64,000 bases of DNA from Epithemia pelagica. Taxonomy: Eukaryota > Protista > Bacillariophyta. Numbering within the stretch: position 1 is the stretch's first letter; each line of letters begins with the position of its first letter. Location of the stretch: the NCBI GenBank assembly GCA_946965045.2, contig OX337236.1:1488001-1552000 (forward strand), read 5' to 3'. Both the position numbers and the translations under genes were made by a program. The notes beneath the pieces are model-generated. The model saw nothing but the letters and a program-made list of their open reading frames with translations. It was not told where the DNA came from and did no database searches. Positions 48,042 to 60,845 of this stretch are shown here, piece after piece.

Positions 48042-50366
48042 ATGTTGCGTTCGTCACGATGCTCTCTGTTCCAACGAATGGCATTGAGATCTCGAGGTGC
48101 TGTCCAGAAGAATAGGGCAACGCCTCGTCTTGGTCCACGACGACCGGTCGACACGGCCTTTGGTGTTTGGCACGGCTCGTCAGGTCAGGGACGATCCATG
48201 GTGTCAACGACGTATATAATTGACAGGATCCTTCAACGCCCCAATCCATTGCTCACAAACGTGGACAAGATGCCCCAGTCGACCGATCCACAATCTACTT
48301 CATCCAATTGGCAACGAGTTTCGGTTGGTCCACAACAACAACAACAACAAGAGGTTTTGGTGAATATGGATCGTATTCCCACGTTATCGTCCCGAATAGA
48401 ACCATTCCATGCCACGGCTGCTACCACCAAGGTATTGGAAACCTATCAGCAGGAATTGGAAACGTTCAAGGGCAGCTATAATGGTGGTGGTCATCTTGAG
48501 GAACAACAAAGCCCTGAGTTTTGGAAAGAGTGGAACCGAATCCAGGAACCAGTCTTTGCCTTGGATCGAATGATTGCTTTGTATGTCCAGGTATCGGATC
48601 CGTCCAAGAAACCATTGTGGGAAAAGGAGCACAAGGCGTTTGTGGAGAAGCGGCAACGGTTGGAGCAGACGCACGCACCATGGATTCATACCAGGATTAC
48701 CAACGGACCAGCACCACAATGGACCGACGATACCGGGGACAATGTGGAGGGTAGTAGTGACTTGACTTCCAAACTTGTATTAAATGGTCCCGAAATGGAG
48801 TGGGCTTCGCACTGCCTCCGGATTTATCTGGAAGAACGGTTTGGACCACAACTCGGCCACGACGACGACAACAACAAGAACAATCCAGACGAGACATCTT
48901 ATTCACAACTGGCACAAGCCATTCAGACGAACACGACTCAATTTGCCGCAGATTGTGCCCAAAACAAGGTGACCAATGACACGGTGAGAACCATGTACAA
49001 TATGATTGGATTGTGGGATGAAAGGGCCAAACGGTTGGGATTTCCCGATACGGCTACTCGAATCCTGAAAGATCATCGCCGCATGGCGAATCCAGAGGAA
49101 GTGGAGCCATTGTATCATTCCATCACCGCGCATTGCCTGGAATATTTAAAACCTCGTGACAACGCCGATGAGAAGGAAAAGTTTGCCGTTTTGGAGCAAT
49201 ATTTGAAAAAGAGCGGACCGAAAACGGAAACTAAGAAGGTTATAGAACCTCATGAACAAGACAGACGCGATCAGATCCGACTCGAGCATTATGTCACGTT
49301 GGACGGGGCAATGGTATTTCTTTGTCGACTGGTCAAGTCTCTTTTCAACATTGAAATCGTTCGAGATGAGACAGTTGACGGATGGAGAGCAGACGTCCAA
49401 CTCTTTCATGTGTTTGATCACGAATCCAATTCAACAGGACAAGGACCGCAACATTTGGGATCTTTTTACGTGGATCCGTTCAAAAGGGGTGGAAAGATTG
49501 ATCGGCCTTGCGTCATGCCAATTAGTTCTCGAGGAATTGACGGGACGGTCCCTGTGGTTGCCATGTTGTTACAAATGGAACCTCCCCCCTGGGATACCGA
49601 ACCTCCGTTCATGACCTGGACGGACATCAAACACTTGTTTCATGAAACGGGCCACGTCCTTCAAAACATGTTTCCGCAATCTCGCTGTGGAACACTCATG
49701 GGCCCACATTACATGCCTCGTGATGCGTCGGAAATCCTTCCCCTCTTTATGGAGCATTGGCTACTGGAACGTACAACACTCTATGGCTTGATTGCGACAT
49801 CGGATATTTACATGGATTTTTCAGAGGATTCCGTCGACGCATTGTATCGTACCGTTTGTCGGCAAAAGGCCTTGGACTTGTCCGAACAAGTGTATTTGGC
49901 GTCCTTGGAGTGGACCTTGCTGTCGGGGTTTGAGTTACAGGGAGGCGAAACCATTATGGCGCTTCAACGACGGCTAGGCCAGGAATTGGCACCGCATGTG
50001 GCACCCTCTGGCAAGGACATGACTCCCTTGATTCAAGTCTTGTTGGCCAATGCCACGGGGGATGTCCTGAGTTTTTATTCCTATTTGTGGGCCGACGCCG
50101 TCGCGGCCACCATTATTTCACGTCTCAAGGAGCAATACACGAACAATTCGTCCAGTGATGATGATAATGACGACAACGACGGGGCCACGGTTTCAACAGA
50201 TGCCTTTCGTCGGTTACTGCTGCATCCTGGAGCAGTGGTACCCGCCGCCGAAATACGGTCCGAATGGGGGTTGGGCAATACAGTGTCCCCAAGGCCATTG
50301 CTCGAGCGATACGGTCTCACACGTCCTGACAACGACAGCGAAGACGAAACAGAACCCATAAGCTAG
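48042..50366 (+). CDS. Peptidase family M3 (oligopeptidase A / mitochondrial intermediate peptidase-like)
   Basis: LFHETGH (HExxH), DASE...FMEHW, GSFYVDPFKR, FYSYLWAD; Arg-rich N-terminal presequence. Confidence 0.88.
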   Translation: MLRSSRCSLFQRMALRSRGAVQKNRATPRLGPRRPVDTAFGVWHGSSGQGRSMVSTTYIIDRILQRPNPLLTNVDKMPQSTDPQSTSSNWQRVSVGPQQQQQQEVLVNMDRIPTLSSRIEPFHATAATTKVLETYQQELETFKGSYNGGGHLEEQQSPEFWKEWNRIQEPVFALDRMIALYVQVSDPSKKPLWEKEHKAFVEKRQRLEQTHAPWIHTRITNGPAPQWTDDTGDNVEGSSDLTSKLVLNGPEMEWASHCLRIYLEERFGPQLGHDDDNNKNNPDETSYSQLAQAIQTNTTQFAADCAQNKVTNDTVRTMYNMIGLWDERAKRLGFPDTATRILKDHRRMANPEEVEPLYHSITAHCLEYLKPRDNADEKEKFAVLEQYLKKSGPKTETKKVIEPHEQDRRDQIRLEHYVTLDGAMVFLCRLVKSLFNIEIVRDETVDGWRADVQLFHVFDHESNSTGQGPQHLGSFYVDPFKRGGKIDRPCVMPISSRGIDGTVPVVAMLLQMEPPPWDTEPPFMTWTDIKHLFHETGHVLQNMFPQSRCGTLMGPHYMPRDASEILPLFMEHWLLERTTLYGLIATSDIYMDFSEDSVDALYRTVCRQKALDLSEQVYLASLEWTLLSGFELQGGETIMALQRRLGQELAPHVAPSGKDMTPLIQVLLANATGDVLSFYSYLWADAVAATIISRLKEQYTNNSSSDDDNDDNDGATVSTDAFRRLLLHPGAVVPAAEIRSEWGLGNTVSPRPLLERYGLTRPDNDSEDETEPIS

Positions 50367-50589
50367 TTTCAATCGGTCCAAATGTCCTTTTTACCGACAT
50401 GCGCAGTGTCGTCGTAAACAGCCAACTTGCGATAGCTACTGCACACTGCACCACGTAGAGACTCTGATATGAGGACTATCAAGTTCTCGATTCTAGGTAG
50501 TTGCGCAGTTTTGTAACTTGTTTACATGGAAAAATGCTTTTATCGTAGAACTCGCGTGTAAATGTATCATTGTAATGGTGGTTGCATTT

Positions 50590-51538
50590 CTATAATTCTC
50601 CAATTCCAGCTCCCACCTTTTGCTTCTTGTCCGCGCCGAGTGCTCGGCGACCCTCTTGGACTGCGTCACGAAACTTTTGTGGATCTTGCAACATGGCCTT
50701 CATTTCGTCATTGCCCATCAACTGTTGCAACATTGGATTGGACGCATCTCCTTCCAACAAGGCTTTTCGTGCTTCTTCAATCTTTTCGGCACTGGCCAAA
50801 TCATCCGAGCCCACCAGTTTTTCCAATTCGGACATGAGAGCTCCGCCATTTTGAAAGAGTTCCGTCATGCCATTCAGGGCTTGTGTCATGTATCCAGCCA
50901 TTTCGGGATCCTGAAACATGTTTTGCATCTGTCCAAAGGATTCTTTCATTTTGGCTTTAAAATAGTCGGGATCTGCCTTCATTTTGGCCAATTCATCGGC
51001 AGGAATAATACCGGTCATTTCCAAATTTTTCAACACATCTTCCGGCGACCCCATAAGGGCGTCCAACATGGAGTCATCTGTGAGTGCACTAAAGGCTTCC
51101 TTCATGGATGATTCTAATTCTTCCGGTGTCATTTTGCTCAATTGCTCCATGGCACTCCCGATATCATGCCCCATTTTCTCCAAATATTGCATGGCCGCTG
51201 GATCTTTCATGGCATCTTCCATCATTTTTTGCATGTCGAGGCCACCCGCTGCTCCACCAGCACCAGCAGCTTGTTGTTGTTGTTTCTTGGCCAAATCCTG
51301 CATTTCTTCAAATTTACCACCTCCTTGTTGGCGGCGGTTTCCACCCAATCCAAATTGCGCGACCGTTCCATCCGGCTACGATATATCAACGACGACAAAA
51401 CGACGACAAGCAGAAACGTGATCAGAACCATTGAAACGACGAATGAAAGGCAGCAAGATTCCACAGCCCAAACTACACACTTACAAATACGAACACAGAA
51501 AGCAAAAGGCTCAGGGCACAAAAGACTCTTGGTATCAT
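50590..51538 (-). CDS. Signal-peptide protein with STI1/DP-like Met-rich repeats; join(50590..51375,51485..51538)
   Basis: Exon 1 MIPRVFCALSLLLSVFVF with GTAAGT donor at 51484 and TAG acceptor at 51376, phase 0; motifs MMEDAMKDP, MFQDPEM, MLQDPQKF. Confidence 0.7.
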
Positions 51539-51858
51539 CATGGTCGTCCTTGTTTCGTGTTGCCACTACAAGAGGAAGAAGAATCTCTTTCGTTGGGTCT
51601 TGGATTTTGATTTGTTGGTTGTCGGTGGCAAAGAAGTGCCAGGTGTCAATCGGCCGATATGACGTCAGTCACGCGCCGTGGCCGATTCGGGAATGGGTGA
51701 GTGAATCGGACCACGCGACGCGCGACCGACCCAAAAAGATTCGCGCCACGGCAAAAAAGATATAGGCGTATCTTGAAAAAGACGGGAGAGAATCGTTGAC
51801 CACATCATTCCGCAAGTATATTATAGATCCTGTAGAGATGATGATGATGATGATCAAC

Positions 51859-52824
51859 ATGCCTCGATGGAATGTGTGGAAGGTTGCGGTGTCAGTCGCT
51901 TTGGTGGCGGCATCTGGAAATGGATTTCTGATTGGGGTTCCTAACATTGACCAGAGATTGTGTCAACCATCATGGAAGGAAGCCACACCACGGACGATTG
52001 GCCAAGCAGGGACAAGGGATGAGAGTGATACAACCTTGACTGACATTGACGATAATGATGCGGCCTCGAATTCCGTCGACTCGAACGACGAGATACGAGA
52101 AGGTTTGTTGGAAGATTTGTCCGCCTTGGCCTTTTGTACGTCGCGTGGATTCAATGCCACCCAGAGCGAACGAAACCAAGTCCAACGTATTATTTCGGAA
52201 CTGACCAAGTACAATCCCACGGCAGAACCAGTGGCAGCCTATTACAGCGACACTACTACCAAGGCATTATCATCATCATCATCCAACGCAGTATCCTCCT
52301 TGGCTGGAAAATGGACCTTGATATACACGGATGCACCGGATATCATTTCCTTGGAGGGAAGCCGTAATAGTTTGGCTGTATTGGGTCGAATTGGACAAGA
52401 GTGTGATCCACCCTACATTCGGAATGTCATTGAATGGCGACGACCGTCGTGGGCCGATTTCTTGCCCTTTTCGGGGACGGAACAGGCTCGCATTTTGCAA
52501 AAAGTGGTGACACGAGCGCAAGCTTCACCCCAACGACCCAGTGTGGTGCAATTGGATCTCGTGGGATTGGAACTCGAAAGTCCCAACGATGAAGGATCGA
52601 GTTCTCTAGATACGGATAGGACTCTATCGACGCAGTTGCAGCAACGAGGACTGTTACCGACCCTCTTGAACCAAGCACCCATTCAAATGCAGGGACCTCT
52701 CACGGCACCCTTTGGTGAATTTGAAGTCCTCTATCTCGATTCTCAAATTCGAATCATTCGTACGGGACAAAACTATATTGCCGTCAATCGCCGTATCATT
52801 CCAATCGAAGATGCATGGTTCTAA
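51859..52824 (+). CDS. Plastid lipid-associated protein / fibrillin (PAP_fibrillin)
   Basis: ISELTKYNPT, LAGKWTLIYT, FEVLYLDSQIRIIRTG; signal peptide ends GNG-F. Confidence 0.88.
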   Translation: MPRWNVWKVAVSVALVAASGNGFLIGVPNIDQRLCQPSWKEATPRTIGQAGTRDESDTTLTDIDDNDAASNSVDSNDEIREGLLEDLSALAFCTSRGFNATQSERNQVQRIISELTKYNPTAEPVAAYYSDTTTKALSSSSSNAVSSLAGKWTLIYTDAPDIISLEGSRNSLAVLGRIGQECDPPYIRNVIEWRRPSWADFLPFSGTEQARILQKVVTRAQASPQRPSVVQLDLVGLELESPNDEGSSSLDTDRTLSTQLQQRGLLPTLLNQAPIQMQGPLTAPFGEFEVLYLDSQIRIIRTGQNYIAVNRRIIPIEDAWF

Positions 52825-53158
52825 ACCGACCTCTTGATCGATCGAACCTCGACGACCAACCTGTTCTGGTTGCTTCAAGACGGGAATTCTGCTGATGCTG
52901 CCCGTTTCTACATTTGTTTGGTCACTGACTACCTAGCATCTCCTTTGGCCTTAGAGGAGTACCTCCACGCATTAGACCGTTCATGGAACGGACTTCCACA
53001 TGCATTTGATTGTACACGGTAACCGATCCGGAAAGTCTTGGGGTACAAATCAAGACGGCAAAGTTCACACGTAGATTTTAGCTAATGATGGTTACAGTTT
53101 TGGAACTACACACGTAGTACGTGATACCCTGAATTCGAAGCAGTCGATTTCCTTCTTC

Positions 53159-55279
53159 TTACACCAGACCACCCCGTCCGCTACCAGCCCGGGCGACAGC
53201 AGGATCCACATCTGGAATGGCCGTCCATCCATCAAATCGTCGTTTCCAAACCAGGGCTGACATGAGCAAGACAGTCAAGGCGGCAAACGAGGCCACCAAG
53301 AATTTGGGCATGATTCGGGGAGGAACAAAGCCCAAATCACTAATACGATCCGGTTCATCGTAAATGATGGAATCTTGTCCCGAATGAGACAAACAATTCG
53401 GACCGGTCCAATTGGGAAAGCACGAACACAAGCGTCCCTTGGTACAACGGCCACGAGTGGGTCCACCACAGGCATCGGAGGAGGTGTCGTCGACCGAGGG
53501 ATCACAGACACCACCACCATGTTGAATGAGCAACAACGGAACGGCGTCCTTTTCTTCCTTGTACAATTCCTGGTGACCTTCAATGAAACGACGAGTGGGA
53601 CGTTCCGGTGTAGAGCAACCCACCTTGTGCGCCGAATTGGAGGGATCCTGGTAGACGCGCACCCAGTTGACCTTGTATTCCGGACTGGTTCCCTTGGTCA
53701 TCATGTCGCAAAAGCCATCGGAGAAACCACATTGCATTTGCCATTCGTCCGAATGACAGTCAAATTCCTTACATTTACAGTCCGTCGGACATTTGAGAGG
53801 AAATCCCCATTGCTTGGAGATGGCAGTGTTCATGAGAATGTAACTGGGTTCGGATGAGATGGTGGATCCTAGACCGGCTGCATCGATCGACTCTCCCTTG
53901 AGAGCAAAGACCAATTCATCATCAATGAACCAATGCAGGTAGCCGAGCGATGTTTCCGTAGGTACATCCCATTCCAATCTGTAGACATGAGGCTTTGTGA
54001 AGTGGCTTGCATTGAGTTGACGATTGAAACTCACAGCATCACTCCAATAATCTTGACTCTTCTTGGAATCTGACTGGAAGTGGTTGTAGTTACCGTAAAA
54101 GTTGATGTTCAAGGACGAATTGGCTCCTCCGATCAAGCCGCTGTACCATTGGCCTGGTCCGGGCCACTCGCCAGGTCCTGGTCGATTGCTCGGGCGACCC
54201 GGTGCAACCTGAAAGGAAGCGCTCGCAAAAGCTGAATCAAATTTGCATGGACGAGGAAACCACATGAGAGACGAAAGAACCCTGTCAGCATCCAGTGTCG
54301 TTTACGGGAAAATACAAGTTTCAGCCAACCACTTACGTTGTCCAACGGGACTCTTGAGGAAGGGACCTGTATTTGCCTTGATTCCTCCCGGTTGCGCTTC
54401 AAAAATGTCAATTTCCGGCGCCCCACGTCCAAGATATCTCTCCATGCCATAATGTGCAATGTGTTGACAGCCCGACAATTTTTGAGCATCTCGTGCTTTG
54501 GAGGTACAGACAATGGAGGACCAGGGCCAAATGTGCTCGGAACTTCCTACATAGGTATGACGCGCCAAATTGCCGAGCAACCAGAGGGCGGGCCACAAAC
54601 CACCGACATTGTACTTGCCCGGCAATTGCACTTCGGCCTCAATAATACCACCCGTGAAGCAAAACTTGTTCCACGACTGAATCATGGCCGATTTGAAGTG
54701 CTTGGTCACCCGTGTCTTTTTCTGTTTGGAATCGTCGAATCCAATAATCTCCGTATCCGAAGCTTCACTGAAGATGACTAAGTGGCCGTTCTCAATTTTG
54801 GCATTGTCTGGTGAATAGTAGTGCAATGCATCATTGGTGTAATCATTCTTATCCAATGCAGTCCAACGAGGATCGCCACCATCGCGTAGTTCTCGGCCCG
54901 GCATGTTGAACTCGTCCGAAAAAACCAATTCAAAGGTACGTGGCTCGTAGGTGGGGTACATGGTAGGTGTCGAAGATGGAGCCATGGAGGGCAGGGGGGA
55001 ACTGGTTGGCGCCGGAGACGAGGTTGGTGAGGAATGCTTGTGTTTTTTAAAGCCATCGTCGTCGTCCACACTGTCGTCGTCGTTGCTACTCGGCGGAATC
55101 TTGGGAGGCTTGACATTCAATGGCATGGTAGTCAAGGCTTCATAGGGCGTGTCAGGGTCGATCCAGTCCGCACAAACACATTGCAAAGGACAAACTGCAA
55201 TCACTGCCAGTGCAGTGAACCACAAAGAATAATGGGACCCCGAAAGGCGGTGCATTGGCGTGGTGGCAGGTCGAATCAT
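53159..55279 (-). CDS. KRE6/SKN1-like GH16 beta-glucan transglycosylase; join(53159..54231,54337..55279)
   Basis: WIDPDTP, LVFSDEFN, SAMIQSWNKFCFTGG, GLWPALWLLGNLAR, GRGAPEIDIFE; phase-1 GTAAG intron 54336-54232; C-terminal TM helix. The diatom family is linked to chrysolaminarin branching. Confidence 0.92.
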
Positions 55280-55850
55280 TCTACTACTACCGGTGTTGTC
55301 GCGATCTTTTGAGGGATTCCAAACAGGTAATTTCCAAAGTGGATCTGGTCTCACAAGAATGCAATTGAGAATCGCGATTCTTCCACACTAGAGTGTGCTC
55401 TTCAAATAATGCGACGACTTTGACTTTCTGGGACAAAAGTGGGCTGGAACCAAAGTCGATGCAACCACCGCAACAAACAAAATCCACGACAGAAGATTTG
55501 GACGCATGTGCAACTGCGACGATTTCCTTCGAACCTTTTTCGTTGGTGTGAATGAGCGTCCACATCATACTTTGGACGCAACGTCACTGATGTACATCCG
55601 GGTTTTATTCCCATCGGTCGTTCATGAAGGATAAAGTTGTATATTTATGATAATATCACTGTGGAGCGATAGAGCGTGCTAAATTTCGATTCGGAAGTGG
55701 CCATGGTGTCTTTATTGCAGATGCCTCATTTCTCATTTATTTTTTGAACCTATGCGAATCTCATAAGAGCGGGGACATAGTGTCGACAATGAGCGGCCCT
55801 ATTCCAGGTAGGCAGAGGTACCATTCCACAACCACACTACCAGGGAATGC

Positions 55851-57914
55851 TCACAGACCAAGTTGCTCCAATTCTTGTCGCAATTGGTCTTCGGATGCCA
55901 GTTTCGCTTTCTGATCGTCATTCAAGGTACTCGCATCCTTCTGTTTCAAGTCGTCAATTTGTTTCAAAGTCTTTTTGATTTTACGCGCTCGTTTCTCGGG
56001 GTCACCTGCATCTGCGTTGCTGCTCGCCGCTTGCTGCTGTTCTTCTTGCTGTTGTTGCTGCTGCTGTTCTTGCTCCAACTTCTTTTTCTTTTCCTTTTCC
56101 CGTTTCAAGGCCGATTTGCTCTTGCCTTGTGCACCCGCCGACGACGTACCGACCACGGCACGTTCTCCCTGTGGTGTCTTGACCTTTTGGTCCACCACTC
56201 GGGAGGCCGTTTGTAACGTTCCCTCCTTTTCTCGTCGCAACCGTTCCGCCAAACTGGACCCTCCCACACGGTTGCGAGCCGAAGGAGGCACGTACTTGCC
56301 CGCCGAAGAAGCGGCAGCCGTGGTAGCGGCGGGAGCTGCCTTGGGTCGACCAGGAGGAGCGGAGGTCAAGGTCGCCGTGGATTTGGTCACCGCGTCTGAA
56401 TCAAAACCTTCGGGGGGCGGCGATTGCGGTCGATCGGGATACACGTTTGGTTGGGCGGGACAAAAGGCAGCCTGAAGCAATTTGTCGGGTTCATAATGTT
56501 GGTTATTCCATGGGACAGTCTTGACGGCGTGTCCATTGTATCGAAACAATCGTACACCATTGTCTACATTCATGCGAGGACTGCAGGTACTGCAGAGAAA
56601 CCACCGTGAAGACGGGGACCAATCGTAGCCCACCACGGGTGGTCCTGCCCGCAAGGTACCGGCTGCATTTTCCACGCATCCATTGTTAATCAGTTTTTGC
56701 TTGTTACGATCCCAAAACGACATGCCTCCTGCCATGTTGCCAAAGCCAGCCAAACACAGGAATCGACCATGGGGGGACCACGAGACTACATTGCGATGCG
56801 CATTGCCAAACAAAAAAGTGGCCTTGCCCGTTTTGCCATGATGTAAGGTCCCCAAGGGAGGCATTTTCCCAGCCACGGCGGCAAAACAAGGTGGCTTCGT
56901 AGCATCGGGCAACCAACCGACACTGGCAACCGGTCCTTCTTGGGGTAGGGGAACGGCAACAACATCCGGTTCACCATATCTCATCAAAAAGAGTTGAGAG
57001 GAGCCGTAGTATGACTGTCCAGATTTATCGACTGCCGTTTGCAAGGTCAAAAGAGCGGCATCACCGGCTGGGCTCCAATCTACCTTCATATCTTCGGCTT
57101 GAAAGAGGGATTTGGACAACACGGGAGGAGCATCGGATTTGGTAGTTCCAGGAATGAACCGATACAGTCCGGCTCGTGCGGGTTTGTCTTTGGTTCCAGC
57201 CACAAATGCGGTAAACAAGTAGCTAGGTTGGTTGTTGTTGGTGCTTCCATCACCGGCCGCCGTTTGACGTGGAAGGGAGATGCTCGTAACATTGGTGATG
57301 CGAAGTTTGTCGCTGAATCTTACCGCCGAAGGGTCATTCGATGATGATGATAAGTTGGTCGCTGGATAAAATCGGACTTCGTTCGTGGTGAGCAATGCGG
57401 CCATGCGTTCGTCATGCGTCCACTGCAAATAGGGCCACGAATCTCGTTTAATGTTGCGTTGCGCAAAGGCTCCCACCAACTTTCCCGTAGCCGTTTCCCA
57501 AACTCGAAGATTATTGGGACATATTGTTTCGTGCCATCGTTCCCATGTGAGGAGATAGGAACCATTGGGAGAAAGATCCATCATTTGCACTCCTTTGGTA
57601 TCTTGCGAAAAGAAAGGTGCATCGGAAGAGGACATTGCATTGGAGGGTGCAGCGCCACTCTCAGGTATGGCACACTTGACTAGTCCATGGCCAGTCAAAT
57701 GGACATAGACGTGAGATCCATCGGGTGCCGTGACAAACGGAATGGATGTGGCTCCTTTGCAGAGAAATGGACGTGGAATGGTGGTCTCCACCGACCCATT
57801 CATCACCTGCTCCTCGTCAAGTTCATATACTTCTAGCCCTTCCTTCGATCGGACCAATACCTTGCATGGAGGAAAACTGGAGGGATCCATGGACGCATCT
57901 GTTGCCTCGCCCAT
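55851..57914 (-). CDS. eIF2A: Eukaryotic translation initiation factor 2A
   Basis: Beta-propeller motifs SYYGSSQLF, WSPHGRFLCLAGFGN, SPRMNVDNG; C-terminal EKRARKIKKTLKQIDDLK...QKAKL. First ATG at 57914. Confidence 0.93.
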   Translation of the reverse strand: MGEATDASMDPSSFPPCKVLVRSKEGLEVYELDEEQVMNGSVETTIPRPFLCKGATSIPFVTAPDGSHVYVHLTGHGLVKCAIPESGAAPSNAMSSSDAPFFSQDTKGVQMMDLSPNGSYLLTWERWHETICPNNLRVWETATGKLVGAFAQRNIKRDSWPYLQWTHDERMAALLTTNEVRFYPATNLSSSSNDPSAVRFSDKLRITNVTSISLPRQTAAGDGSTNNNQPSYLFTAFVAGTKDKPARAGLYRFIPGTTKSDAPPVLSKSLFQAEDMKVDWSPAGDAALLTLQTAVDKSGQSYYGSSQLFLMRYGEPDVVAVPLPQEGPVASVGWLPDATKPPCFAAVAGKMPPLGTLHHGKTGKATFLFGNAHRNVVSWSPHGRFLCLAGFGNMAGGMSFWDRNKQKLINNGCVENAAGTLRAGPPVVGYDWSPSSRWFLCSTCSPRMNVDNGVRLFRYNGHAVKTVPWNNQHYEPDKLLQAAFCPAQPNVYPDRPQSPPPEGFDSDAVTKSTATLTSAPPGRPKAAPAATTAAASSAGKYVPPSARNRVGGSSLAERLRREKEGTLQTASRVVDQKVKTPQGERAVVGTSSAGAQGKSKSALKREKEKKKKLEQEQQQQQQQEEQQQAASSNADAGDPEKRARKIKKTLKQIDDLKQKDASTLNDDQKAKLASEDQLRQELEQLGL

Positions 57915-58431
57915 ACTTGTAATAAATGCCGTCCTCGTCAATCTTGTTGGATCCTTTCTTGAGGATGAAAGAGGGGAGAGACTTCGGCACTTGTGGCACT
58001 GGAGAAGTGCGTTGTGGTTGCGGATCGGATAACGGCGACCAATCGGACGCCTTTCTGCGGTCGCATATGAAACGGGGAGAAGCGAAACATATTTAACGGT
58101 CAAATAACGACCGTGACCAGCGGACGTTCGTCCTCAGGTTTTTTGCACGCGGCGATCGTCGCACGGTTTGAGCTTTGCCCATGGATGCGGCGGCCACGTC
58201 CATGCAATTGGTACGAATCCCTGGAACGACGATATACAATAATATCATAACTCGCGGTTGTTGTTGCTTGCCTCTTGTCAACTGCTTCCATAACACAGGC
58301 GCTGAACTTACCTCTTTACGGGTTGTGTGTGGGCTGATTCTTGAGTCGAGGCCGTGAGCGTTCATCCAGAAGTGAACACCGTCAATTGTCATTTTTCAAG
58401 TTGCACACCAGAATCCTTCCCACCGTAAAGC

Positions 58432-59589
58432 ATGTTTCGACGTAAATTTCAATCCAATGGTGGGGGTGGCTTGCCCACAAGTGGTTTACCTACGTCAAGT
58501 GGAGGAGGGGGAGGAGGATCTTCGTCAATCTTTAACTTGGGTGGCACAGGGTCGTCCGTGGACGGTTCCGCCCGAAGCATTCATTTGCAAGCACCGGTCG
58601 TGACCAAATGGAATCGCAGCAGTCGTGCTGTCAAGACTTCGTACATGGTCACATTGGTTTCCTTCTTTGTCATTATATTTGGTTGGAGGTCCTTGTCCTA
58701 TTATCATGCCAAGGTGCACGTGGAATGCAACACTGTCACGTGTACCGTCACGGCTCGTGGGGTGGGAGGCAAACCAGTCAAGGTGGCCGACATACCCCGA
58801 CACCAATTGACAGGTGCTAAACCAGTCAAGGTGAATGCGAAGGGTGTCGTAGTAAAGCATGACGTCAACTTGAACGAAGAATGGAAGTACGAAGTGAACA
58901 AGAAAAAGAAAAGCAGTGCCAACAACTATAAGGGACCGGACAAGGATGGGAATTTCTTGACCTATGTTGTCATGATGAACAATCGAGATCCAAGCGAAGA
59001 AACAAAACAGAAAGAATCCAACACAAACCCAGATCAACCACAATTTGATGAATATGGAGAACTTATCAATGTAAAGAAGGAAGAAGACCGTCCTCCTTCG
59101 GTTGATTTGTCAGCCTTGTTTCCGTTTATGGTTCGAAGCGACAATTCCCAAGACCGGCATGCCTTTTACATTGTATTGCGACAACACGGTATGGCTCAAG
59201 CACGTCGTCGTGTTCGATCTATGGTCCAAAAGGTGGATTCGTACGCCAAACGACGTCGTCACAAATTGAACCTCAAGGAGAGTACATCTCCCGATTGGAA
59301 GGCAGTCTTAATGTTGGTCTTGGGTGGATGCGTCTTTTTGCTGTCCCTCTTGTTGGCCTTGTTTTGGGAAGAAGATGAAGCACTGGGCCATCAACCGGCG
59401 GGAGGACCGGGAGCGCGGCGACGAAACCCACAGCACCACCAACCCTCACGGCAATCGCAACGACAAATCAAGTCGGCCATGAACAAGAATCCCTACCAAC
59501 GAGCCATGCCTTCCAGATATGAAGTCTCGACCGCTCCTAAAACGATGAGCAATTCCATGAACAGTTCGAATGTACGACGGAGAAATTAA
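58432..59589 (+). CDS. Uncharacterised membrane protein with two predicted TM helices
   Basis: Hydrophobic segments YMVTLVSFFVIIFGW and AVLMLVLGGCVFLLSLLLALFW in a 385-aa ORF. Confidence 0.75.
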   Translation: MFRRKFQSNGGGGLPTSGLPTSSGGGGGGSSSIFNLGGTGSSVDGSARSIHLQAPVVTKWNRSSRAVKTSYMVTLVSFFVIIFGWRSLSYYHAKVHVECNTVTCTVTARGVGGKPVKVADIPRHQLTGAKPVKVNAKGVVVKHDVNLNEEWKYEVNKKKKSSANNYKGPDKDGNFLTYVVMMNNRDPSEETKQKESNTNPDQPQFDEYGELINVKKEEDRPPSVDLSALFPFMVRSDNSQDRHAFYIVLRQHGMAQARRRVRSMVQKVDSYAKRRRHKLNLKESTSPDWKAVLMLVLGGCVFLLSLLLALFWEEDEALGHQPAGGPGARRRNPQHHQPSRQSQRQIKSAMNKNPYQRAMPSRYEVSTAPKTMSNSMNSSNVRRRN

Positions 59590-60845
59590 GTTATGTGTTT
59601 TCCCAATGTGTGGAGACTGTTGTTTCTTGCATTCGAATGCTCACTATTCCACAATCGATCGAGCTAATTCCTTATTTAACGGACAGGGTACATGTACTTG
59701 ATTCTTCTTTGCTAGCGGTACCAACGAGCAACCTCGAACAAATGATCTGCACCTTTCAATTTACCCATGACGAATTATCACACTTTGTAAGAACGATCGT
59801 GTAGCCTTCATGGAAAGGCTATCTTTACCCGAAAAAACTCTTTGTAGCGACTCCCAAGGCCGCACGGAAACACTTTCTATCTACCTACCTACCTAGATTT
59901 GCAAAATCTTCGTGCAATTGTACGAGAAAACATCAATTGCTTGCGCTCACGATTGCTTCCAAGATAGATTTTGGTATGTATTCGTCCTTGGTCTACATGG
60001 ATACGATCCAACGCATGGTGGCGTACATTGTATTCGTATGGATACGATCCAACGCATCGTGCGGTCCAATGTCCCTTTGGTTGGAGCAATGCCATGGAGC
60101 ATTCGTGCTCTGCATGCCAAGTGGCGGTGTGACTACAGACTACAACATGTATTGATTCCAAAAAACGCAAAAGAAGGAACTTTATGTTTCCTTTATCGAG
60201 TCTATCAAACAACATCAAACCAATGCCAAAGACAAGATTGTGAGAAAGCGGAACTATGAACTATTCCTCTATCTAACACAATCGTTTTATGCAACAACGA
60301 GTAGATAGACGAACGGGGTCAGTCGCGGAGAATTTGAATACTGCCCAGCGCGTTTTCTCATTCCCATGGCGATCAGTGTGAGTACAGTTTAGAGCACAGA
60401 ACGTCCCCCGGGGCAATTTGGAAAAGATACTATATGCCATAATGTAGATGATACTCCTAATTAATTGAATTCAAATGGCTTTCATGACGTCATAATAAAT
60501 AGGCATCCCCCGTATTCAATCTCTTCAGCGCTGTAGAAAGCAAATGATTGACAAAATTCAAATCCAATCGAAACCCCCCGGACTGCTCACACAAATCTTC
60601 AAACGCAATGTTGTGGTTTCAAAACCCAAACTAACATTTCGATCCTTCATCCATTAAATTTCTTTTTTGGGGACCATCCTCTTCTTGGTCGACGACGACG
60701 AAACAACAATCGGAACCCACTATTCTGGTTGTTGAGATTTGCAAAGTCCAATTCGCCTTTCGTTTTTTCTTTTCGTTTTCGTTCATCGAATCGAGACCCT
60801 TTCTCTTTCCAAAAACGTTACGATCGAAACGAGTTTTGAAACAGC

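Noticed and set aside
59997-60057. CRISPR-like repeat-spacer unit
   Set aside because: Only two repeats, eukaryotic context, no cas genes.
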